Below are positions 39,931 to 54,000 of a stretch of 64,000 nt of DNA, one piece after another. The notes under the pieces were generated by a model. The model made no database searches and was not told the origin of the DNA. It was given only the letters and a program-made list of their open reading frames with translations. This stretch comes from Octopus vulgaris (Eukaryota): NCBI GenBank assembly GCA_951406725.2, contig OX597831.1, positions 53,940,001 through 54,004,000 on the forward strand, in the 5' to 3' direction. Made by a program: the position numbers and the translations under genes. The stretch's first letter is position 1, and each line of letters starts with the position of its first letter.

Positions 39931-40397
39931 CATAGACATTTAAAACTATTTGCAAAAGTATGATACTTGTCACTAAGCCATATTCACTTACCAGTGACAG
40001 CCAGATGTATTGTCTTGTATACTGATAAAACAACTTTTTTTTACTCTCTGCTGGAATTTGAAGACATTTCAGTGAGAAGTGAAAAACCAATAAATACCTC
40101 TAAGAATAATAAACAGCTCAACTTGGAGAATAATTTCCTACTTTGCAAAATAAATTATGCAATTGAATGGCACTTCGTGACAAAACAATCTTAGTTTACA
40201 AATCAAGACTTCTGGAGTTCAATAAATAAACAACTATGTTTTCTGGAATTAGCATAGAGGTATCATGTCCATATTTAAAATTTTTTTAGTAAAAATTAAA
40301 CAGAAGTAAACATTTAGAAACTGATTAACTATCTGATAAATAGTTTTCTTTTTTTCAAGGCGCATTAGTCAGAACAAATATTGACATTTTCTATAAC

Positions 40398-40440
<43 letters not shown>

Positions 40441-41043
40441 GTATGTATGTATTGTTTATGTACATATGTGTGGCATGAAATTCTGTGCAAAAAAGATTTA
40501 ACAAATTCTCCCCCTCATTAATCAGTAATTTTCTATTTTCATTATCAACATGGATATAGGTTTTTAGAATGATTATACTTTTTAAGTGTTTTGACTTTAG
40601 ACTTTATATTATTAAAAATTCATATTTATACAATATAATCCTGTTTGAATGTAGAGATCTTAGCTTGCTTTGTATATTCTGTATGCACATTATACTTACA
40701 ATTCAGTGTTATACCAAGTTTTGTTTTGCTTGTATATTTGGCTATACCTTTTAGTTATGAACCAATATTTCATACCTTTTTAATATTTGGTCATAAATAT
40801 CACTTATTGAGGCAGTTTGTCAAGAGGATAGACAACTATGCATTATTTATTTAGAATCAGTCAGTAAGTTTCTATTACTTCTGGTTATAGTCTTGACATT
40901 TCATAAATAAAATTCTATATTGTGGAGATGAAGATAGAAAATATTTGAATTAAGGAATTTTACTCTCCCTCAGTAAAAGAATACTGGAAATGCTCTTTTT
41001 TCTTTCTTTCACATTTTGCTTGTCTGCTGAGGTTCAAAAAGTA

Positions 41044-42298
41044 TTGGGCCATCCCATAAATAATGCAGGTTTTTAATACTAATTTTATTTTCCAAAATTA
41101 AGGTAAACAAAGTTCTTAATAACCTAAAATATACTCTCTTTCATTTTCTACAATGCTCTTTCAAAAATCTGGTAGACTTGCAAGGCCCTTCCTCTAAGAT
41201 TCACTTGTCTATGATGAAAAATACTCCTCCAGTACTGTTCTGACCACTCTACAGAATTCATATTTTTTCCGTCCAAATGATTTTGAAGACTGCAGAATAA
41301 ATGATAATCAGGTGGGGGCAATATCTGGTGAATATGCTGGGTGGGGCATTGTTTCCATTCAAACTGCTCCAGCCTTTAGAATGTCATCCTCACTGTATGT
41401 GGCCGAGCATTATCCTAATGGAAAAACACCTTTCGTCTTGAAACCAAAGATGGAAATTTTTCTTCTAGTGCTGACTTCAGCCACTCAAGCTGTTCACAGT
41501 AGATCTCCCTTGTTATCAGTTCGAAGTGGACTAAACCTTTCATATCCCACCCAAACAGATAACATTTTATGTGGGTGAAGACCTTCTTTAGCCTGGGGTA
41601 TTGGTGTTTCTCTTTTTCCTGCCCACTGTCTTCATCACTTGCCATTTTTATAGAGAACCCATTCCTCATCACCAGTCACTATTAGGTCCAAAAACTGTTC
41701 ATTCATAGGACGTGACAGCAAAGAAGAGCACACATTCACTCTTTGTATGCAATTAGACTGGATAAATTGGTAAGGAACCCATTGACCCAGTTTGCTGATT
41801 TTTCTAATGGCATGCAGGTGTTGATGAATGGTTGAATGACCAAATCCAAGCTTTTCTGCTAGTTCCTCAACAGTTATGATGAGATTTTGTTCCACCAGGG
41901 TTTGCAGGACGTCCTTGTTGAGCTCTACAGCACTTCCAAGATGAGGCTTGTTTTCTAGGCTGTAGTTCCAGCTCGGAATTTTTGGAACCACCATTGATAC
42001 TGGCTTATGCTTATTGTCTGATCCCCATATACTGCATTAATATTCCTCGCACTTCCCATTGTGTTGTTGCCTTTATTGAATTCATAAATATGCTGAATAT
42101 GCTCCTTTGTCACTTCCATTATAGCTTTGGAAAAATAACTGTTAAAATTGAACTGCACTCTTCAAAACTTGCACTAAAGGACAAGGTAAAATTGCTACCT
42201 GCTTTTATAGCACATTGAAACAGATAGCTTATTCTGTCCACCTCCGACTTTTAGTTCATGCAATTGAAAAAAACTGCATTATTTATGGAATGACCCAA
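41044..42298 (-). mobile_element. Full-length mariner (DD34D-type) DNA transposon, inactive, second subfamily
   Basis: TIRs ttgggccatcccataaataatgcagg / aactgcattatttatggaatgacccaa are flanked by TA at 41042-3 and 42299-300. Length is 1255 bp. Confidence 0.96.
41130..42119 (-). pseudogene. Frameshifted mariner transposase
   Basis: Contains MEVTKEHI..., WFQKFRAG, WVPYQF, TGDEEW, H*DNARPH and YSPDIA..DYHLF, with multiple stops and frameshifts. Confidence 0.93.
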
Positions 42299-43549
42299 TA
42301 TTCGGCCTGTCTCTTTCTCATTCACTCTCACATTCTCTTGTTCACTCTAATTCATTTTCTTTCTTTCATATAGTTATGGGAACTGCCTTGTATCTAGATT
42401 AATAGCTTTCATTGAAAATCAAAAAGAGAAGTTGCTTTGAGAACTTTAACATGAATGAATGAAAGAAAATATTCACATCCTTATTAAACTCTGCTACTGG
42501 TTTCAATAAACTGAAATAAATCAATCTCCCATTTTCTTACCAGAAACAAACACACACACACACATACACACACACACATGGAGCACCTGCGTATGTAAAT
42601 GTTTTAAAATCTAATTTTACTTTGTATTGAAATATTGTTCATTGTTTAATAAGTATGACATAGATGTATATTTGATAAATTTTACAATTTTAATACCATG
42701 TAATTGACTTTGCTAGTGACAGTAAAGAACAGTGATTTCTGGGGTGCTATATTGTTTGGTTGTTGCTTGGGCCTCCCCTCCCCCATCAACCTTAATTAAG
42801 TAGACCTATGCTAAAATGTATTCCGTCTACAGCCATCTCATTTTTTTGTGACCTTCACTTTATATAACACATCAAGATTTGGTTTAAACCCAAGTGACAC
42901 TGGTTCATGTGGTATAGTTCCTTGTTATGTTTTGAAAAAGCTGTAGATGCGATAAAGCAGGCTCCAAACTTACATATCAAACTAACATTAGTGTTGATTG
43001 CTTGCTCATGTTAAAAATATCACACTACTTTATGTGGCATTACTCTCTGCCTTCCTTCCTCACTTATTGTCTACCACTTTTGCTACACCTCCTCTTATAC
43101 AATTACAACTTAGTTGCAATTATTGAGGTGAATTACAACCTATTAATTGTAATTTACTCCTTTACTTTTTGCTTCTTGCTATTACTACTTCTCTATCTCC
43201 ACTCTCTCCTATTCCTATTCCTACAGCTGCTTCTTTCAATGTGCTTAAAGCACATGGAATAAAAACATCACCCTGAGTAATGTTTTCTACAGATTCTTAG
43301 TCACAGGAGACTTAGTCTTTCCTTCACTTTATTAGCATACACACGAGACTAAGAATATGTGTGTACATAAATATATATTTATTTGAAACTTAGGCTTACC
43401 CCAACCATATGAATTTTCAAACATGTGTTTTGCATGCATATGTACATATATACATATATCTTCATGGCATTGGCCAATAATAACTTGGATATGCTGCCCT
43501 AGGCCTAGCTACCCCACCACACATACACAATGTCCATGTATATAATTCT

Positions 43550-43900
43550 ACCCATTGAGATTATAGACTACAGTCACTTGTACTGGTCACACAAATTCAT
43601 GTGACCTGATGCCATCAAATTGGTTGCTGCCCTACAAGGGAACTGTTGCTGAAATATATTCTATCAAATAGGCACCATATCCTGTCAAAATGGTACCATT
43701 TTCTTCTCTGTCCTACCATGTAAAGCATCCAGTATAAGAAGTTGAAGTTGCTGGATTATCCATACCCTGCAAGTGCTAATTAAGTGATGCCAACATCCTG
43801 TCTGTTCTACTGTGTAGACCCACCTAAAAGAAATTATGTTACTATGATAGCAAAATCAAATGCATGACCTGAGCTGAACAATGTAAGCTTAAATACTCTC
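43550..43900 (-). mobile_element. Decayed RTE-type LINE 3' fragment
   Basis: The minus strand reads RCWHHL..LAGYG..QQLQLLILDALHGR, resembling the RL..AGH..R...L....G.R motif. Confidence 0.45.
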
Positions 43901-44059
43901 ATCTGAAGCCATTTATAATTTCTCTTTACTCTATCTTGAAACATATGAGATGTGAACATATCCTATGCCTATAAAACTTTATGTGAAACTGAGTCAGATT
44001 TGTTAAATGTATATAACTCCAACCAAAAATGTGTGGAGAGATACTTTTTTCGTTCACTT

Positions 44060-44066
<7 letters not shown>

Positions 44067-44133
<67 letters not shown>
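44067..44133. repeat. (TA)n(GA)n microsatellite
   Basis: Direct reading. Confidence 0.95.
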
Positions 44134-44134
<1 letters not shown>

Positions 44135-45237
44135 CTGGTAGTAATTTTAAGATATGTGTGTATAAATATGTGTGATAGAGAGTACATTAAATATCAATCA
44201 TCAATACTAATTGTTGGTTGCTAGTTCATGCTGAAAATGTCAAGCTACCTTATAAGGAATTAATCAATGTTGCTTCTGTACTTGTTAGATAGTTAAAAGG
44301 TATTATTGTTATTGATAATATATTTTTTTTACAAATATAAATGAGGTAATTTGTTTTATTCAATGTAATAATTTAATATTTATATCTTGAAAATTTGAAT
44401 TTATTTTATTTTATTTTATGATTTGAAAAAAAATTATAATTATTGTGCACCTATGTAACATTACTTGATATCATTTATAGTGGCAAAAGTATATTCCCAA
44501 GCCATATTGCATGTAACAACTTATGTCTAAGAACATTCAATGTAAAAACATTTGTTTGAGAGAACTGTGTCTTTACAAATGTGATATAGACTAACCGTGT
44601 CTAGAATTTCATATTTGACGTATATTAAACATTTTACATATGTCATAGTATCTTATTTCTGGAGATATATTATGACATATTTGTATTAAATATCTTCCAT
44701 CCCTTTTTTTCCTGGACAGACTAAAGGAAATTACAGTCTTGATGTGTAAGATATTTTACATTATCTATGTAAATTAGTTTCCTATAACAAAGTATCTCTA
44801 CTGTTTCCATAACAAACAGTTTTGGGGTTATTTACTAGATGACCTGTAGTTGCATTGAGCTAAATAGAGCTATGATCACTTGACTTGCAAGACATAGCAA
44901 CCAAATCTCTCTCTCACATCACATCCTGCTATTTTATAAAACAAACATTGGACAATGTGGTTCTTATACCTTATACATAGTCGTAGCTGGAATGTCTTTG
45001 ATCATAGTTTTGTTAAATCATAATTGGTTTGCACTAATCAACTATGCATAGCTCCAACAATGATAAATCACAATTTATCAGCTGTTGGAGCCATATGTAA
45101 TTGGTCAACCACAGGTCAGTTATATTTTTGGTCTAGGAACAATTATTAATACTCTCTTAACCAAACTGTCTATGAATATGTTGAACATCTAAAATCTTGT
45201 TGTGTAAATTCAGAAATTACAGTTGAATGAAATTAAT

Positions 45238-45620
45238 GGCGCAATGGCCCAGTGATTAGGGCAGCGGACTCGTGGTCATAGGAATCGCGGTTTTGATTCC
45301 CAGACCGGGCGTTGTGAGTGTTTATTGAGTGAAAACACCTAAAGCTCCACGAGGCTCCGGCAAGGGATGGTGGTGATCCCTGCTGTACTCTTTCACCACG
45401 ACTTTCTCTCACTCTTACTTCCTGTTTCTGTTGTACTTGTATTTCAAAGGGCCGGCCTTGTCACTCTCTGTGTCACGCTGAATATCCCCGAGAACTACGT
45501 TAAGGGTACACGTGTCTGTGGAGTGCTCAGCCACTTACACGTTAATTTCACGAGCAGGCTGTTCCGTTGATTCGGATCAACCGGAACCCTCGTCGTCGTA
45601 ACCGACGGAGTGCTTCCCAT
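45238..45620 (+). mobile_element. Young CpG-rich tRNA-derived SINE (distinct family) with imperfect TSD
   Basis: tRNA-like head GGCGCAATGGCCCAGTGATTAGGGCAGCGGACTCGTGG...GGTTTTGATTCCC. Flanks are atgaaattaat (45227-37) and atgaattaat (45621-30). Confidence 0.88.
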
Positions 45621-46629
45621 ATGAATTAATTTTATATTAGAAAATATATGTCTAGCTTGGTCTAATACAGCTTAGAAGTTCTAACTCTTATAAAGAACTG
45701 GGTGGCTAAGAATGATATTATGATCCTCGAAATTGGTTGAGAGCAATGTTAGAAATAATATAACATTAATTCATGTTATAGTCTGTTATGTAATTTTCCT
45801 TGGATACTTGTAATTATTAAATCTACTTCACTTAATTTATTTTGGATATTAATCAATAAAAACACAGCTTGGATGAGAGATCACATGTGATTTCAACTGC
45901 ATCAAAGTTGATGAAACCCTATGAGGTTGACAACTGCAATCTTTTGATTGTTAGACAGACATCTTCTTTCTAGAAGTTATAACTTCGAAATTGTTTTAGA
46001 GTAAAGAAAGAAGTACTTTCTTATAGAGGATTAATTTATATGCTCTATGCAGTTTTATGTAGTTTTTTCACGGCATAAATTGGTTTTGCTGTTACTGATC
46101 TTCCAATAATATCGCTTTTTGAAATTTGTGTGTAATATAAAAGTTGATAAAAGCATTAGCACATGTGAATCAACATATAACATAGAAATGCTTTAGTCTT
46201 AGTAATCCTTGTATCTTTTATGTGTTATATTCACTTGACAATGTTCATCTTTGTAGTAAAAAGCAAATATGCACTTCTTTTTAATAAAAACAAATATTGC
46301 TCTTATGTCAGAATCTTTTTTGTCCTTGGCAAAAAAAAGAAGAAAGACCTGTCTTGTAATTTACTTTTGAATTTTTGTCCAGTGTTTCAAAGAGAACAGA
46401 CACTATCGAATGGATTAATAATGTTACCTTTTTTTTTTTTTTTTTTACATCATGTTAAACTTTTTTCTCTGTTAGCTGAGGTTGTCATTCAGAATCTGTA
46501 GTACTAGATATAGTGGTTATAACTTAAGAGCAAATATCTAATTTTGCTTAACCAGCTATGTAAATTTCAAAACATTAGTTTCTTAATAGCTGAAGAATTT
46601 GTTTATATTTTAAATGCACCTACATGACC

Positions 46630-46768
46630 ATGTGATTAAGTTTGGTTCCATACACATGGTATTGAGTTTGATTCCACTTTGCAAAACTTTGGCAACAGCC
46701 ATCTACTATAGTATTTATTGAGGCAATGCTTAGAGTGCAATTTGATAGAGGGGGCTTTATAGAAGCTC

Positions 46769-46804
<36 letters not shown>

Positions 46805-46995
46805 CCTGTTTATCATTTTAAATTAGTTTTAAGTTGTATCACTTTATATCACAGAATGTAGCTTAGTGAATTGTTAAATAGAGATTGATAAAATAAGTAC
46901 CAGTCTGAAAAGCCTGGTGTTTATTTTACTGGTGTCAGTATGATTAACAATACCCTAAAAGCAGTGCCTTGCCGTGATTGAAACAAGTGAAAGAG
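46630..46995 (+). mobile_element. Old copy of the 3576-type SINE with (TG)n
   Basis: Decayed head, GATAAAATAAGTACCAG segment and GAAACAAGTGAAAGA tail. Confidence 0.6.
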
Positions 46996-49900
46996 TAGTG
47001 GCTTTTGCTCAAAGGGAAATAAAATCCAACAACTGAAGGCAATGGTTTCAAAATTACTTAGCCCTTTCTTTCATAACAGTAACTAAAAACTAATTTAATC
47101 TTGTAAATGAAGAAGCTGCTCTTAAGTGTAAAATAATATTGAGGATTATTTGTAATTCTTCCCAGTTATGAATCAATCCACAAATTAACCACTAAGTGGT
47201 ATGCTTTGTCAACATAGGTTCGTTTGCATTTTCAATACTCTTATCTTGTTTTCACATTCTGTCATCTTTCTTATACTTTGCATTATCTGAAATCTATTTT
47301 GGTATCATCAATACCAAGTAAGAGTATGGATTGTGAGGAATTTTTGTCTCTTACATATATTGAATGATGTTAGTTTTTCCTTACTTCATCTTTTATTCAT
47401 TCTTCATCATTTAGTACATACTGTTATTCTTAGGCTTAGTACTTTTGTTTCAATACAGTTCTGCAAAATGTTTTAAATGAACCACTGCCATTTATTTTTC
47501 TATGGATTTGAATCTTACAGAATTCTAATATACAAGCTGAATTGAGAAATATTTTAGGTTTTTCACTAAATATTTCAATCCTGTTTATTATATAGCTGGA
47601 ATTATCATATGGCAACAGGTGTAGAATCCTAAATGTCTACTTGCAATCACCTCTTAACTTTGCAGGTTTTAACCTGTGGGAAATATTGTATGGCAATGAA
47701 TCACAGATAGTTGAAGAAATTGCAGTGTCTGAAGGAACAAGCTGAGTGTGATTCATTGGATGTGCAAGTGGATTTAGAAAGTGAATAAATTGATTGATTG
47801 CATGCAGGAGCTCTGTGTTAATTTACTTATGTGATGAGGAAGTGTGATGCCTATTGGATAGAAAATGGTTGTGAGTAAGTAGTGATGGTTGTTCAAATGT
47901 AGGTAGGCTAAGGAAACTTAAATAGATCTTGAAAGAAAAAATAGTTTTCTGTAGGAAGCACTCGTGAAACATGCTAGTATGATACAACTTACATTAAGTC
48001 GATAATTTTTAACTTTGGCACTAGGCCACACATTTTGTGGAGATATGTACGTAGTTGATTTAATTGACTCCAATACATGAAAGGTACTTTATCATGTCTG
48101 TATGGGTGAATAACAAAGTCAATTCAGGTTGGATTTTAATGGATAAACGTAAAGGTCTGGAACTGAATACACTATGCTTTCTACCAACTCTCTACTTTTT
48201 ATGAAGCCAATAAATTGTAGGGGGGAAAAAAAATCTTTCTTATATTGCCACTGTCAGTTTACTTTTCATTTTACTGTGTCTTTCTCACAGGTTCTATAAC
48301 ATTTATTTAACTCTACAGTTTTGTGACTATCATCAATCATTCATTTGTTCATTTTTCAATGTTTCCCAATAATATTTTTTAGAAAATACTATGCTTATGT
48401 GTTTCGGTTTGGAATACATTCAAGAACTTGGAGGAATTTAGTAAAATAACTTTTAAGCTAACAAAAAATTCTTACATGAAATTAATGTTGTTTTTTATTG
48501 TTTAAAAAGAGCACTTTAAAATAGTCAGGTTTGTTGCATAGGAAAAGAGGCATTTTGGTATCAAAAGGTTTAATCTGATTTTTATAAACACTAATTTTTT
48601 TCTTTTATGCTGCACTACATGCATCTGCTTGTATCAAGCCATTTTCTCAGCTAGTTTACACTCACTAAGAATTTAGATTTGTCATTTTTTTTATCAGCTT
48701 GTATTATATATTCTACATCTTCCATTCCACTGAAGCATATGTGTATAGTTTATATTTATGACAGTGCAAAACTATATGCAACATGGCCTTAAGTGTTGTT
48801 GGAAATTGTATGGCTTTTTATTCTCTTCCACATAATTTTTGTTTTAGCATTACTGCATTTTACTTTATAGAAGTATACACTTATTCTTCTTTATCTTATT
48901 TTAGATTTTCTACAAATAGTCTCCTCTCCCCTTCCACACACACATGCAAGCGCCAGCTGTTGAATTTACTTTGAGAATTTAATCACAGTGTCATGCATCA
49001 CATTGTAATGCAAACATTATCCATAGAAATTTCATACTTGCTATCAAAATAGAATTTTGATTTGATTACTGAACTTCACAAGGAGTTAAACTTTTAACTT
49101 TTTAAAATTTATTATCTCCATTATTATACAATGGGAAATTTGTGGTGAGAGTACATATTACAGTTGCATCTGTTTCTATATAAACCATTTTTGATTGTAA
49201 CTGCTCTTATTTTATTAATACTAGTATATCTGCCTCATTTCTCATACTTCAACCTCTCAACAACTTGCATATAACCAACTCCCTCTCTACTAGAATCCCT
49301 TTTAGTTGAGAGGGCTTTTTTATTCTTGTTGGATACATGTCAATTTCTCTCATGCTGGTGCCACACACACACAAAAAAGCACTTAGTACTCACTCTAAAG
49401 TGGTTGGTGTTAAGGACATCCTTAAGAAATCATGCTAAAATTGAGATATTGGAGAACAGCATTATCCTCCCATCGGCCACTGCTGAATTGTCCAACCCAT
49501 GCCAGCATGGAAGGCAGATATGAAGTGATGATAATAATTATGATGATTCATTAATATTTACATTCACTTTTAGATTTGCTTTCAATATATTAATTGTACC
49601 AACTTTTAAGATAATGGTTGAGATGTCATTAATAAAACTTTTAGGACAGCCATAAATAGTAATATATTCCAAAAGAGCCTTGGAGAAATTCTTGAAATTT
49701 CCAATTATAGGTTGCATATTTTAGTTTGAACTACTGAACTTAGATTCTTTGCAGTTCAAGCCAATGCAGGAGCCTCTGTACAAATCATTTGATTTTCTAG
49801 AAATAACTGGTAAATAACTTTTAAACCACACCCTACCATTAAAAAAAAAGACAAATTGGATAATGTGGTCCCTGAAACACAGTGCTGAGGAAACAAGATG

Positions 49901-50846
49901 GATGTTCACAACTGTCTTTAATTATAAGACTGTACACTCAAACCTAGGTCTAAACAACATTCTTCACTTGATATATGACTCAATCTTTTTAGGTCTTTAA
50001 CAAATAGTATTTTCCCTAAATAACATTTTTTTTGTAATAAAGTTTTTTAATATCAATACCTTGTATGAAATTTAGTGTAGTATATCAAAGATTTTCTTTA
50101 GTTTTGTGAACTTCAGCATTTTCAGTATATTTTACTCAATTTTAGGACCATTCATAATTGTCGATGTCCTGTCCAAAAATACTTCAAACTAGCACACTGT
50201 ATGTCTTTGTGCTTTTTTTGTTTTTGTGTGCCTTTTTGTTTGTTTGAGTGTGGATGGTAATTTCTATGAATTTGTATGTAGAATATAAAAGTTTAATTAT
50301 GATAAAATAATGTTTTTATGTATTCATTTATAAGCTATTAAAGCTGCTAGTATCTTACAATATCACTTTTTCCCTAAATTTGTATGCAAACATATCAGTT
50401 CCATACTTTCTACTTGACTGAAGATCCAAACTATATGCTTGTTCTCATTACCAAGTTATTCTTTTCATAAAGCTGGGTTTTTTTGCTGTAGGATTTTGTG
50501 TCAGTATTTTGAGTTGCCTTCAAGTGAAAATTCTTCAGACTTCACATTAACCACATCATTTCAATTTGACAGTAATGCAGGCAATGTCAGATTTAAAATG
50601 CCGAGGTCTTAGTAAATCAAAACACATTGACAGGAAGAAAATTCCTGAGCTGGAGAAAGTTAGATTGGGTGCAGTCTTTATTTAAGGTCTAAGCTGTGGG
50701 AATAGATTAAACTGAACTGTAAAAAGTAGTTGAAACAAATGGATTTGACAAGGAACCAACAAATTTGAAGAATCAGGAATATATGTATAACTGATAAGTA
50801 AATGGAATCAATATTTACTAAGAAAAGGGAGCTTCCTAAAGAGAGC

Positions 50847-51073
50847 TGGCAGAATTGTTAGCATGCCGGGCAGAATGCTTAGTGGCATTTTGTCCGTGTC
50901 TACATTCTGAGTTCAAATTCTGCTGAGGTTGACTTTGCCTTTCATCTTTTCAGGGTTGATAAATTTGGAATCAGTGAAACCCTGGGGTCAATGTAATTGG
51001 CTAGTCCCCACCCCCAAAATTTCAGGCCTTGTGCCTATAATAAAAGGATTATTATTATTATCATCATCATCAT
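50847..51073 (+). mobile_element. Nin/Deu-domain-type SINE
   Basis: GGCAGAATTGTTAGC head, B-box-like GAGTTCAAATTC, GCCTTTCATC...GGGTTGATAAA core and (ATT)n/(ATC)n tail. Confidence 0.8.
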
Positions 51074-54000
51074 CTGAATGTAGTTCATTAGTTTTTTAAT
51101 GAGGTCTGTTTTATAACGTTGCTTAACCAGATTACTTACACAACTTAATTTTGCATTTTCCTTCCTGATTAATTCTACACCTGTTAATTACTATTTAACT
51201 GATATCTTCAACATTGTGCAGCCAAAAATAGTGAAAATAGTAATAAAATTAAAACATATTTTACATTTTTTGCATACCAGGCTGGGTTAATTTTACCATT
51301 TCAATTATTGGCATCTTAATACAAAACAATTTTAAAAGCAAAATAAAGAATGGTTCCTATTTTAGTTGAAAAGCAGAATATTGAGCTCTAGCTAAGAGGA
51401 AATTGCAGTGCATGTAAGAAGGCTTTAACCTGGTCTCCTTAATAGCTCTATCTCTATGATTCTGTTTTTGTTTTTATTTGAAGAAAAGAAAAACCTTTTT
51501 TTTTTTATCTATAATCTTTTACTATCTGATGAAATTTTATAGTACATTAACCATTAAAAAATTAATCTAAAAGCAGATCTAAAACAACTTATTTTACGAT
51601 TATGAATGGTTGAACGAATCTTTGTTTCTTATACCTGTGTAAGTAAATTAGCTCTTTTCACTTCAATTGTTTATCTCTAAGCTAACTTTTCACACAATTT
51701 CAAGTCAGCAGTACAAGTCATCAGAACACTCTTCATTTATACAATATTCACGGCTTATAGCATTAAACTTCACCTTTTCATAATATCACTTTACAGTTAA
51801 ATGGACTGATATAGCAAAGTTTGCGCTTGTGTATTTCTGTCATAGTTACAGTACTGATGTTAGTATGTGAATCATTCCATGGTTGGTCAGCACTTTATTC
51901 ATCTTATATTATGTGTATAATGTATTTATAGACTTGTAGAAAAGAATGAAAATTTGTTTATAATTCCTATTTGTACAGATAAGTAATTGAATAATATAAA
52001 ACAAAGTCTTTTTTTGTTTTTTTTTCAGGTTTGTATTTGAGATTTTTTGAAATCGTTTTTAAATGAAAAAAAAAAGTATATATATACATAGCCCTCTCAA
52101 ACAAACTAAAATCCATTCACAGTTGGATTTTAATGTTACTTAATGGACTATAAATTTGTCTCCATTAGTGGAGGAAGTTGAATTCTTGTTTGTCTTTACT
52201 CATATAAATGGAATGTTGTAAAAACACACCTGGGTCAATCAATGATAGATATAAATTTATTGTTAACACTTGAAACAAGGTGTTAAAAGAAAAATAAGAT
52301 AATTTTCACCTATGAAAATTAATAAAAAAATTATCTCTAGAACTTTGGATATTAGTAAAAGCAGATGGTGCTTTATATATTTTCATATGAAATAATCAAT
52401 TAACCTGAATTCTTAGAAGTTAACTATTTTCCTTTTTTCCTGAAATAATTGAATATAGATGAGTATACAAGTTATAATAATCAATTGAGAAAGAAAATGA
52501 ATTTTCAATCAATAAAGTTATCATGTCATTTAAGACACTAATTTTAGTTTTAAAGGAACCTCCTAGATTCCTTTAAAACAGAATTAGCTTGCATTTTTAT
52601 ATAATCATTAAAACATGAGAGATAGAATTCTTTTGAAAGGCCTGCAGACGTCTCTTTGACTTGTGCCAAAGAATTTTGAAATAGTTGATCTATTTCTACT
52701 CTAATAGCAGTTCATAGCAATTTATCTGTGTTGGTGACATAACATTCTTAGAATGTTTGTAGGCTGAATATCTTTCCAGTAAAGCATATTCATCTCTTAA
52801 GTCTTTGCTTGACATTTGTCTTTGTCGCTCATCTTTCTCTGTCACATTAAATTCCACTGGTCACAATAAACATTCTTTAGTTATTAGCAAGAGCAGAAGT
52901 TTTCATGATCACTTTCCATTATAAACATCAGTCACAATGTTAACTTAAGCATACAACATATTTATCATTCACATCTCCTACATTCTCTAACGCTGAATTT
53001 TATGCTAGCCTTGTCAATGTATTTTATAAACTGAATGTTTAGACTTTGTTAGACAATAAAATACTACAAAACTAATGTTATCTGCATCATACTGATAATC
53101 TACATTAACAAGTGACACTGCTATTGTACTTCTTTTACTCAGATGCATATTCAGTCTTTTAAGTTTTGTTGAAAATGATGCAGACACATTTTATATAGCC
53201 TTCTAGCATGTGGTGTCATCTCTGATCCATTTTTTTCATTTGGTTCATATTATTTCCTTGATTTTTCTTTTCTTTTAAATGAATTTGTTTTGCTGCATTA
53301 TTTTTACATTAATTCTATGGAAAGTTGGGCAATATGAAAAATAGTGATTATTTTCTATGGATGAGAGAAAAGGCTGTACAGAGTGTATCTAAGGTTATGT
53401 TCTCAACTAGCATGCTGGAGATTTATAAGGAATGACAGACAATTAGAGGAAAAGTTACAGCATGAAGCTTGAGCATTCGTTAATCTATATAAGACATGAA
53501 AGGTAGACACTGAAAGAACAAAAGTTAACACATTGAGAGTGGTATATATTTCCCTCCTAGAATAACTTTAGTTTTAACATTTTGAGTGCTTGCTTTGTTA
53601 GATTTGAGAAAATTGATTTATCATTGTTTGTTGGCAAGGTATATGATGCTACATGGTAGTGAAATATAGTCAGAATTGAAAGGGGGGAAAAGAAAAAGAA
53701 TTAGATATTACTGTATAAATTATATAGGAAAGCAGCTAATACTGGTAGAGAATTGTTAAGGGTAATTATATGAGAGAAATATTGAAGGCACCTGATTTCT
53801 TACTTTTGTATACAGGGTATGTCTTCAGTATTGTTATGATGATTAGTTGTTCTGAAAAGTTAAAATGCATTGGATATAGCATAAAGAATTACATAACTTA
53901 AGGAAACTGTTGAACATAATGTTTCCATTTTAGACATTAAAAGATTTTCATGTTATCTGTTCATTTTCAAAAGATAAATATGCATGCTCATGTCTGAACA

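Noticed and set aside
45238-45310. Possible tRNA gene
   Set aside because: It is the tRNA-like head of a SINE, continuing into a 380-bp body with a TSD; the T-arm is degenerate.
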